Notes under the pieces: generated by a model
What the model saw: only the letters and a program-made list of their open reading frames with translations
Told to the model about the DNA's origin: nothing
Database searches by the model: none
Source: Trichoplax adhaerens
Taxonomy: Eukaryota > Animalia > Placozoa
Length of the DNA: 64,000 nucleotides
Direction: 5' to 3'
Assembly (NCBI RefSeq): GCF_000150275.1
Contig: NW_002060944.1
Span: forward strand, 3,786,123-3,850,122
Program-made: the position numbers and the translations under genes
Shown: positions 52,951 through 64,000 of the stretch, piece by piece
Layout of the letters: each line of letters opens with the position of its first letter
Numbering within the stretch: the stretch's first letter is position 1

Positions 52951-55900
52951 CTAAAATATCAGAAAAAGAAAATTAAATCATTAATAGTTTCATTGAAAGC
53001 GATTAATACCGCTACTCTTCTATTTCAAGATTAATTATATTTTAATATTAAGTAATCTAATATTCTAAGGCTACATACATTAATCATTGATTAAATACTC
53101 ACGACGACTAGGAGTAACTTGACGGACTAATTCTTTCTTTCTTCTTACGATAGTTCTTCTATAAACCGATCTGCTAATGACTGCCAGAAACGCAATAGCA
53201 GCGATACTGGTAGATAAGCCAATCAGAATAAAAGGTAAAAAATATTTTGGTTTGTCGACTATCGTAGCATTCATAGTTTGAAAAATAGAAAAAATTAATC
53301 GAGATTAAGATATTCTCACGAATGAAGATGGCAATAAACGACTACAATAATTATCCTACTATCAAGCAAGTAATTCTATAGCACAGTAGATTTAGATGAA
53401 GACTAAAAATTGCCGTACTCATTGAATAAGAATTATAGAATTTAAATATACATGTGAAAATACGAGTATATACGCCCATCGATGACGATTATTCGTTTTA
53501 TTCGTAAATGCTATCGTTGGAGTATGCAGCACAGTGCTCAGATTGAAGGCAAAAATAGCACTTTCGTCAGAAAATGATACAGCATAATACCTTTAAGATA
53601 TCAATTATGGCCTTGAATAATCCATTTACACAAGATTAGCTACCGGTATGCGTTAACGAATATGAAATGACAAATTCTATTTTACAGCGTACTCTTGCTA
53701 CGTGTATATGCTGTACTCCAATTTCATTCTATAGCGAAATTAATTTTTTATCGTAAGCCTGTGAAAAGATCATTCAATTATAGTTATTGGTGTTGACTAT
53801 TTATATCATATTCTTTTAAAGAAATTCTTTAATTTTTTAGAGTAAAACAGGAATAGGTTTAAAGGTATCTATGGATTCGTAGAAGATAGATAATATTTAT
53901 AGTAAAATATTAATGTAAAGTTAATGTGCTCGACTACGAAGAATCATCAAAATTTAGGTTTAATTCAAGCTGATGGTCTATTCTCTTATTTAGTGAAAAT
54001 TAGTTAAGGATATATGTAAATACGAATAGGGTTGTTATTGGGAACTACAAGGAATTTTAAAGAAAAGAAGTAAATGCAATAAAGGTAGGGCATAATCTGT
54101 CGAATTGCCTAAATAGAATTCTTTCATGCTACTTTGCATTACGACGGCAAGGAATGAGTGGTTAGGTTACTCACTAACCTAGGATCGGGCGAGAGAATTT
54201 GCAATGGAATAGTATTATTACAGGATATAGAACTTAACATGAGTCGTAGAAAACTTTCTAGCTATCTTAACGCTAAATATCCTTTTATACTGGTTAAAAC
54301 TTAAATTTGAAGATCTATAATAAATAGTCTTACGTAAGTAAATCATGATTGAACTTAATCCTTTAGGTATGGCGAAGTATAACAAATCAAGGTTAAAAAT
54401 CTTATAACTGAGTATTAGAAGTACAAACTCTTCTCTGTGGTACTTGATTGAAACAAAAAATGACTTATCGAAAAGTTTCAGTATATTATTGAATGCTATC
54501 GCAAAAAGAAAAATTATGCGTGTAGTTGTAAAAAAATCAATTCCTTTTAATGAACTTCTGTCAATATCAACACGGATTGATGAATATTACATGAAAGCTG
54601 ATCATCTTTTAACTTGTATATCTAGTCTAATTTGTAAGAGATTAAGCGTTATTTTCAGGATGAATATCACTTGAAAAATGACCCTATATTAACATGCGAA
54701 TCTAGCGTAGTCTGACTTATATTGGATTAAACGCTATATTCAGTCGATAGATAGTACTTGAAAGCCGATTCTATTTTAAGTTGCAAATTTCGTCAGACTA
54801 ATTTACACTATGTTAATCCGTTACAGTCGGTTGATTATGATTATTGCTTGAAAGCCGATTCTATTCTAACTTGAAATATCCTACCAAGTACAATTGATGC
54901 TAAATTAAACTCTTATAGTCGGTTGATTATTGTTTGAGAGCCGATTCTAATTTAACTTGTAAAACTATCAAGTACAATTTACGATAGATTAAATCGCTAA
55001 ATTCAAGATGAAATATCACTTAAATATGGATCTTATTTGGTTTCTAAATGGAATCGATCTAAACTATGCTCGATCAATCGCGTCATTGAACATAAAGATT
55101 ACTAGATGTAGATAATATTTACATAGCAACTCGAATCAATCTAAAGTATACTGGATTAACTAATATACTCAAGATGAATATTACTTGAAGCAAAGAATAT
55201 TTAATTTATGAATCCTATTAACCTCATGAGAATTTGCTGATAAATTCAATCATTATAAAACCCAATTTTGTGTCCAGAGCAAAAAAATGACGATTGTGAA
55301 TCAAAGCTGTGTTGCAATAAGATAATTTAAGAAATAGAAAAAAATCTTACCAGAAGGTGGTGTAACGTTCCAAATAGAATTAGATCGTACAGATTTGCAG
55401 AGATTATTAGATTTGCATGAAAAATTTCCAGTCTGGTATGCTTGAGTTCGATCCAGGTTTAAAGTACTATGAATAGTAGTTTGACTGATAATATTAATTA
55501 CAATATGATTTGGTTTGGCTATAAAATCATCGTCTTTGCCATCATTATATCTTGTCCAGACGATTGTTGGCCTTGGGTTTCCACTAGCTGTACACTGAAG
55601 TGCTACTTTTGTAGATGATGTATCTTGCCTTGTGCTATTAATTATACCATCATTAATGCATTCTATTTACAATATAGAAATTGGAAAAACAGTACTTGAA
55701 TTAAACTAGAGCAGCCAAAACTATAAGTCATTGATAAACTTCAATACTATGATTCACAGTAGTGGATAATGTAACAGATATTCAACAGAATTGGCCGCAG
55801 CCAGTACCAAACTAATGCTACATATATAATTTTCAAATTAAATGATCATTCTTAATAGTACCTCGAGCTTTTAAATCGACGAATAATTGATTTGACAGTA

Positions 55901-57327
55901 TGCATCCACAGCTATGAGAACCGAATAAGAAACTGTAATTGCCTAAATCATTAGCCGTTAGATTTCTAAGGGCTAAAGTAAAGTTATAGATAAAGCAAAA
56001 ATTTCCTTGATTTTCCCCAGGACAAGCGTAATAGGAAATGCTCACATCTCTTTTATTATTATCTACAACAATATTATTTCGTAGAAAACAGTATTCAGAT
56101 CTTTCCTTGCATTGGTTATTACCATCTTTAAATTTCACTCTAAATGTAAGATTATACGGGAAATCAAAATATCCAAATTGTTGTGACTCGTATCCTAATA
56201 TTTGGCAATGCTTATCTTCAACGTAATCAATCATAAAGAGGAGAAAAAATAACTCCATGTTAATTAGTCTGTCCAACGCAATTTCTCGCTTAAAATGAAG
56301 CTTTAAAATGATTATCATCAATCGATGTAGAATGTAATCTAATACAATCGATCTATTCGATGCAGAATCTATTTTAAGTTAAGAGTAAAATATCGATTGA
56401 ACGATTAATTATCAATTTGGGCTAGATCGATCGATTTCTTACATGATTTAATACTATGACAATAATTATTGAATTGTTCAACTAACAAGTAAATGTGATA
56501 TTCAATAAAACTGTACTATTTTGTGTGCTTAGAGGAGAATTTATTTTAATTATAACTAAATTATTAGCTAAAGAATTGATAACCAAATAGAAATGACTGA
56601 GATTAATATAGAATATCATTTTCTACTGCTAAATTATTATAGACAACTAGTGCAATAGATAAATTAATTTAGAATTAACTCTAAACTACCTCTAAGATAT
56701 CAGCTAACGAACTGATCTCGTTATAAGAGAGTAAATCAGGATAAAAATTGTATTATAATTTATCGTGCTGTGGTAATTATATAGTCAATCGTTTAATAAT
56801 AAAAACTTGGTATAAATGATGAAGTAGATGAATATATTGTAGAAGTAAGTAATCGCAATTGGGCTAGATAGTTCAAATTTCTAGAAAAAGACTATATGGA
56901 GATTAACAAGGTAAACATAAATTGACCTTATGCTACTTACCCGTTGGAGGATTATCGGGCAACTTACAACGTGCTAAAACGATAAATGATAAAAGCTTTC
57001 AGTTGTTTGCTACCCGAATATAGGATGCCAGATATTACCTATTAAACTTTTTTGCAATGAAGTAAGACTAAACCGATCAAAAAATATCGATATGTGATCA
57101 ATTAATTATAAGCTAAATCCAAAGATGGACTAAAAACGAGTAGATAATACTTGGATAACTGTTGGTATCCGTTAAATTGAGTCTAAATGAAAAAATCGAT
57201 ATAACAGCTGTCTTATCATTAGTAACCTACGCGGTAAAGCGTTTTCTGTCTTCGGATAGAGAGCATTGCATCCAATAAGAGCTAAATTGAAAAATAAAAT
57301 CCACGATATGATTGATTCTTCCGCCAT
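52421..57327 (-). CDS. Gene E: SP-Ig(V-like)-Ig(I)-TM-TIR/SEFIR-like receptor, ~493 aa
   Basis: Exons 57327-57231 (MAEESIISWILFFNLALIGCNA), 56973-56941, 56215-55862, 55662-55351, 53258-53103, 52950-52421; 1482 nt open frame. A possible 5' UTR exon ends at ~57802 (|gtaaga). Confidence 0.85.
54560..55060. repeat. ~85-bp intronic minisatellite in gene E (paralogous to that in D)
   Basis: aaagccgattctattttaa units at ~54761, 54851 and 54938. Confidence 0.8.
55351..55662 (-). CDS. Gene E I-set Ig exon (not in the ORF track)
   Basis: ECINDGIINST...LQCTASGNPRPTIVWTR...STLNLDRTQAYQTGNFSCKSNNLC; 312 nt open. Confidence 0.88.
55862..56215 (-). CDS. Gene E Cys-rich V-like Ig exon
   Basis: CQILGYESQQFGYFDFPYNLTF...YCFLRNN...FTLALRNLTANDLGNYSFLFGSHSCGC. 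Confidence 0.85.
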
Positions 57328-57854
57328 CTAAAAATTTACTTTTGGGTAACTATTAGAGGGTCTAAAGCAGTTGCAAATAAAGAAGATGGATTAAGAACGA
57401 GTAGATAATACCCACTGAAATTTGATTTATGAATACGATATGAGTTACAATAGTGGTCAGTAGGAAATAGAAGATTAATGTAAACACGCATATAAATGAG
57501 TAAATAAACAGTAATGCAAGAGCAATATTAATCCTGTATATGAATATTCATGATGTCATGCTGTTCGTTTAGAAGAAGGCAAAATACCAAACATTCTAGT
57601 ACAAATTAAAAAATTTCGCTAAAGACAGTGAGTTTTATCAATTTTATCCCATAAGATAATAAGAAATAATTTAATCGTTTATTGCTCTTTTTAAGCATAC
57701 TTACGGTATAAAACCAAACCAAAGGGTGCAGATCATGCTAAGTATTGCTAAGGGGATCAAATCGCTTGTGAGATCTGTATTACGCCAAAATAAATTCTTA
57801 CCTTTTATGTTATATTATCTACTAATTTTCCTAACTTGTTATTGATTCCAGGTA

Positions 57855-58000
57855 TTATAAAATCGAATTACAGATCATGTAAAGACTGCAGTTAAATAAA
57901 ATCTAATCATAGATCATGTAAGGACCATAGTTAAAAGAATCTAATCGCCAGTCACTTAAAGACTGTAGTTAATTAAAATCTAACCACAGATCATGTCAAG
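57855..58000. repeat. ~40-bp tandem repeat (about 4 copies)
   Basis: aaatctaatcatagatcatgtaaagactg.agttaa units; single copy in the D paralogue (~49950). Confidence 0.75.
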
Positions 58001-61000
58001 TAGAAAATACTATAGTACACGGGATACGCGTATATTTACTTATTACACTAGAATGTTTTATCTATCAAGTTGGCTGCTAATATATTCGGTTTTTACCCAT
58101 TTAGAGGAAACTATTAAAATCGTGTTCCATGAGTAGAAATTATCGTTTTTTAAAATGAACGTTGATATTTCAGTTGATGATACCGAATTAAATGATTTAT
58201 TTACTAGGAGTAGTCAATATGCCTTATCTTATTAACACCTAAACGATAGTGTAGTAAAAGGACTAAAAGTAGAGTCCTTTGTAGTTTTTTTTGTATGTAA
58301 TTAGTATTGTTTTACTATAGAAAATACCTAGAAAGTGATAGTGTCTTTAAGTTTTACCCTGCCAAATCATCATGTCGCCATCTTTTCTTCTTCATTATTT
58401 TACAAGGTATTATATAGATTACTATAGAAGTAGCCCTATAGAGCAAATGCCTAATCTAAAGAAAGGGCGTTTGACTGTCTATTCAAATTGTAAAGAAATT
58501 TGACTTAGTAGCAAAACCCTATCCTTAGAGAAAGGGGATTTATAACATGACGATAAAGTACTGCAATGTAGTCTATACTCGTACAGTTACAGTACAATCT
58601 GACGCTAAAACATCAACTGTCAATACTCGCGAATACTAAGCGATACTAATGTCAGAAAAGTAGTCGTAGTAGTCATATAAAATTTTTTGATAAGCGATTA
58701 CTGTGATCTTCATAAAAAGCGAATTTTTCCGGATTTGTGTCCGATATAGTTTTCGGATTCTGGGACCGGTCGGGTTTGTGTCCGATATAATTTTCCTGTT
58801 TTGGAACCGGTCGGGTTTATTTTTAATTTATGTCTGAATTATAATTTTTCTGTTTTAATTTTTGGATTTTTGTTCATGAAAAATATCGTAAGAGTTGATT
58901 TTTGAGATTTGGACTTTTTGTTATGAATTTGAAACTTTGGAATTTTATGACGTGACTTGAAGTCACATTAGGAGATTTAGTGAGGAAAATAGAAAATAAG
59001 ATGGAAATTGGCAGAGGTTGTGTTGATTGTTAGGTAGTTAGAATGTTGTTTTTATGACTAAATCTTGATGTTTAAAGGTTGATTTTTAGACTTTTATAGC
59101 GTATTAATGATAGAAATTATGTTAGAAATGAAGTTTGATGTATTTTTATAGTTAGCTTGTTACTTTTATAGTGTTTTGTAAGGGAATCGTAGGGTAAATT
59201 GTGTCTGAACTTTGAATGATTTTTGTTTTCTTAAATGGTGCAAAGTAGTTTTCTAAAACGGATCTTAAGAGCGATTGGTTAGCAAATGTTCAGTTTTAAA
59301 TACCTCAGACGGCTCTACGAAGCCTATAAATGATAGTGCAATTAGAAAATTTAGAGAGAGAGTAGAAGAAGATTTTATTTGAAGAACTTGTTGAATTTAA
59401 AAGGCCTTCGGGGTCGAATTGTCGTAAGTTAAAACGTTCTTCTCTTTGAAAGGTTGTTTGGTCGTTGGCAGTTTTTAAGTCTGTCATTTATTTTAATAAT
59501 ACTTAAAGCTAAGTATTTGTGCGGTTGTTCGGTTTATACTTCTCTCCATTTTTGTTTTGAAATAAATTGTTGTTCGGTTATTTCCCCAAATTTTATTTGG
59601 TGTCAAAGTATTAGCGTTAAGTCGACCGGAGTGCAACGAAAGTAGAATCAAAGTTTGTTAAAGTTTTGTAGCTTGATCTCTACACTTTTCATTTCATTAC
59701 AATAGTAATATTAGCCTAAAAGGGCTAGCTTGTATTAATTAGTAAATAGATTCTATTTCTCTTCTTAAGAATACGCTATTAATCTAAAAGTTATAATGAA
59801 ATTGCAAAATTTCCTTAGATAATATTTTCTGTTTGCGGTATAGCCCTAAATTATCCTAAGATTACCATTGCAAGATTGTAGCGAGAATAGTTAAACTTGT
59901 ATATTGGGTTATAAGATTATCTACATGCTTATTTGTAGAAGATGATTACAGTGCATATTATTGCAATTCTATAGAGATTCGTATATTAAGATCTCAAAAT
60001 GTATATAGCTTGGGCTAAGTAAATTATTACTGTGAGATTTGTATTATCACACTTTAACTAGGAGCGTAAGTTATGAATAGATCACGCAATAGTAAATTTA
60101 AAACTGATCTTGCTACTTAGTTGGCAAGGTATGATTAACTAAGGGAAATTCCATTTTGTAACCGATTACATGTAAGTAATGAATTTTACTGTAACACTTT
60201 AGGTAGTCTGATTGCAGCTAGATAGATACTCTTCGGTAGTTGTAAGACGAAGCTAAATTTATGAAATTAAGTGAAGTTCACAAGAAACTTTAGTTCTTGT
60301 TTTATTTTTAAGAAGACACTTGATCATACTGCCATATCTACCAGTATGAGCTTACGTATTTCAATAAGGAGAATCTCAGTTAACTTTATACTTAAATAAA
60401 TACTTTTCAGTATTCGAAAATTAATCATAAAATCTCCGCTAACTTTATTAATTACTTAATTACTTTACTCAACAATGATTTACTGGAATCTCCTATTATC
60501 TTTCACTGCAACTAAACATGAATTCAAAATAAGGTTAAATGAAAACAGCTAAAATGATTTTATTGCGCTGGGGTACCAAAAATTGGTCAAAATGATTCGA
60601 GCATGACTTTAATTTTATCTAATCTATGTCCGGCAAATCTCTTTAATTATATTAAATTATACAGTCATCAATACGTACAGTAAGAATTCAAGACATTTGA
60701 AAATTAACTGCCAATCTGGCAAAGTAAGTATTTTATCTACAAAGCCGCTAAACTAAAGTACTGTTATACGAAATACCATCGGTACAATTTTCATCCAAAC
60801 TAACGTAATTAACAATAATAGCTAAACTAGCTTGAGTATCTACTTTTTATATTCTGATATCATAAACGGAGTGTATTTTACGCCTCTTTAAAAGAACGTA
60901 ACATGCTTACTTTTACCGTTACCATTAGCATTTTGATCATAGTAATTGATATTATCACTATTGCTTGTACTAGCAAACATTGGAAATACATACAGGGTTG

Positions 61001-61017
61001 GCGCTACTACGATAAAG

Positions 61018-63536
61018 TTATGCATCATAGCTCGAATATGAATTTAAATGATATTGCATATCAGTATATAGGTGTTCGAGAGTTTCTACCTTATTCTCGT
61101 CACTTCCATTACTATCGTATCAACAACATTCAAATTTTTTATCAAGAATTTCTGGATAGCTTCGAGGATTATTTATAAGAACCGACATAAACGGAAGATT
61201 GTCATTACAATCCCGGATATTTTTTAAACGTGGTCTAAAGTGTCTACATTCAGTTCTACTTCTATTATTGCAGTCTTCATAAATTAAAATTGCTAATCGA
61301 AAATGTCGAATAAGTTCAGAGTAAACAGTAGGATGTATTTTATGAGGAGTAGTACTCGACATTTCCATAATTTCGCCATCGAAACAAGTGTTTAACTGGG
61401 ATTATATCTTTTTAGCAAACTTGATGCCGTATACAGCGTGGCAATATTGTATGAATAGGACTTTATCTGTATTTTTAATTAAAGAAATAGGTAATTAGCA
61501 AGTCTATACAATAACTTAGATATATTCGATCATCTTGCAATTAATGTACACATATATATTTATCTGAAATCAAAATGTTAATATATAGTGGAATTTTATT
61601 TATGTTTACAATTATTGTAAGTGTAATAAAAATAGTAGCAATGTCTTAGAGGTAATTAGTTAAGTCCTTATAAACTTAGAAAGTATTCATCAGCTTATAG
61701 AATCAATCTAAAGCATTATTACATGATCACTCCTTGTACTCCTAATCAGATACTATCAATGTTTCTCATAACTTAAAGTATCTATCAGTAATATCAAATA
61801 ATGAATAATGATAGATACATAAATGTATGGATGCTTAACACTAAGTAAATGTTTTGAAAAGTTTATCTGTCGATCTCATAAATTAAATTAATATATGGCA
61901 CATAGTAAATAATCTTTAAGGGTTGGCAATTCTATATAGAGATTAATTTGAAGCCTTGCTATTACACGAATGAGTAAGATATAAAAGTCGATTGCAATAT
62001 TATCGTATATACATAGTTACTAATCACAAGTATTAATACATTTCATCGCATATTTCTATCATTATGATAGCTCTAGTTACGTTTAATATAGTGCCATATA
62101 TGGCAGTACTAGGGTGTTATGGATATCTGTAGCTAGAATTTGAATGTGATCCTAAAAACTTTAAATAAAGGGCTAACGGTTAGCAGCCATGGTATTTATT
62201 TCATTTCTATTAGCATCTTATAACATATATAAATATAATGTTATACACGTGTATGCTAACGCATGTATATATACAGTTTATACAGGAATACTAACTAAAG
62301 CCTTGACAAAATGTAAAAATATTGCAAATTATGAAGCAAAGATATCATGTAAAAATCTTACCTCGATCAGTTTTAATATTTGCATCAATATTTTCTTAAA
62401 GAATGAGAGTTTTGTGCATGGATGAGGTACAAATACGATAATCAGAATTACAATCGCAAGTAGACCCCCAATATTACCAAATATAATGACCAAGATGCCT
62501 GGCTTATCTTGTTAACACATATGTAAAAAGAGGAAAAGGGAAAGAGATCAATTAATGAATTATTGTAAGCAAATTATATCAGAAGATTGCTAGGTTTGCT
62601 TGATGGATGGCATTAACTAATTTATAGCATATCCTCTGTCATGATTCTACGACAGCAAAATGGCATAGAAGAGGAAAGTTTAATTGTTGAAGATAAAAAT
62701 TAAATTTGTACTTAAATTTTAAATATGGTTAAGAATAATCTTACCGTCTTCAACTATGAAGAATTGTGATCCTGAATGTTGGCAAAGATTAATCGATGCA
62801 CATAAAATATTTCCAATCTGCTCAGGTTCACTTCGATCTACTATTAAAGTACTACGAACAGTTCTTTTAGTACCATTAATAGTCTCAACTGTGATACGCC
62901 TAAAAGGAATATCTGAGCATTGGCCATTGTGACATCGTTTTCACAGTATCTTTGGCATTGGATCTCCATTAGCTATACAACTAACATATGTGGTTGTTCC
63001 TGGAGTAGGTTCTTTACTTTCGATGATACAACGATTAATACATTCTATACTCAATATGAATTATAATAATATAATCAATTTAAAATACTATAGTAATTGC
63101 ATATGAGTATTATAATCAATAAACGATCAGAGTCACTCTGAGATGAATATCACATTTCTACTATTCGAATACGATTTATAATACAACCTCAAGCTTTTAA
63201 TTAGGTAAACGCTTGCTCAGTATCGGTACATCCACAAGGTAGCAATTCGAAATGTATAATTGCCTACGTTGTTAATGGTCAGATTGTCAATGGGTAGAAT
63301 ACAATTGTAAGTAAGACATTTATTCATTGCGATCGAGCAGGAAGCATGGTTGATAATTATCTTATTTTTGTTATTGGCCAGTGTGTAATAACGAAGAAAA
63401 AAGTACATAGTATAATCCAAGCAACGGTCCGTGGAGTCGAATTTATTAAATCTTATTCGAAATGTAAGATTATCCGGAAAGCCATAGTATTCATATTGTA
63501 GTTACGGAAAAGGCAATACTTGGCAGAATTTCCTAT
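61018..63536 (-). pseudogene. Gene F: disrupted Ig-Ig-TM-TIR-like paralogue (A subtype); 5' exons not identified
   Basis: Ig1 ~63536-63188 (TAA, frameshift); Ig2 63044-62745 (TGA at the conserved Trp, 62941-62943); TM ~62507-62362 (frameshift); TIR 61466-61018 (TGA 61120) with KVLFIQYC...FDGEIM...IHPTVYSELIRHFR matching gene A. Confidence 0.85.
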
Positions 63537-64000
63537 CTTAAGAGATTAGAGAAATAGACTATGAAAAAATCAATACTCTGTTCCTGTGTAAATTTCAGTT
63601 AAAATAGCATCAATAAGAATAATCCATAGCTAGCGAATACTCTATGCATTTTCGAAGAAGAATTTATCATTAACTACGACTAGCTTTAACAACAAAATTG
63701 AAAACGGGAATAGAAAATAGTCATCAAGACTTTAACATAGAATTTATTCTGAATGATCATTGGTATATCAACTAGAGAATTGACATTAAATTTGAAAAGC
63801 AGATCAGAATGAATATATTTTATGATACGTATAATCATATATGCACTTGAGTTGAGATTTCCTGAATACGGGCAAGGCATTCTACAATAAACTAGAAAAA
63901 TATTTTCAATTATTATCTGAAGGAGGTATGCTACTCTAATTTAAAATCAATTACCATAAAGGAAATAGCAACATTTATCTATATTATCTGAGATATTATG

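Noticed and set aside
61120-62943. TGA recoding (selenocysteine or Trp readthrough) rescuing gene F or C
   Set aside because: Both also carry frameshifts and TAA/TAG stops, and intact paralogues use TGG.

Overview
AT-rich eukaryotic (animal) genomic DNA with short GT-AG introns. The composition, intronless rhodopsin-type GPCRs and compact genes suggest an early-branching animal such as a placozoan (inference only). 0-23 kb holds a ~100-bp minisatellite (with an N gap), several solo LTRs with 5-bp TSDs and two paralogous intronless class A GPCR genes (minus strand). From 23.5 kb to the window end lies a minus-strand tandem array of multi-exon genes that the ORF track only shows in pieces. Spliced by hand they encode signal peptide - (Cys-rich atypical V-like Ig + I-set Ig) x1 or x2 - TM - divergent TIR/SEFIR-like domain - acidic dileucine tail, an IL-1R-like architecture. 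Three copies look intact (A: 4 Ig, ~766 aa; D: ~475 aa; E: ~493 aa), two are pseudogenes (C, F), and there is a 3' relic. D and E have nearly identical cytoplasmic exons but diverged ectodomains, the pattern expected of a birth-and-death immune or allorecognition-type receptor cluster.
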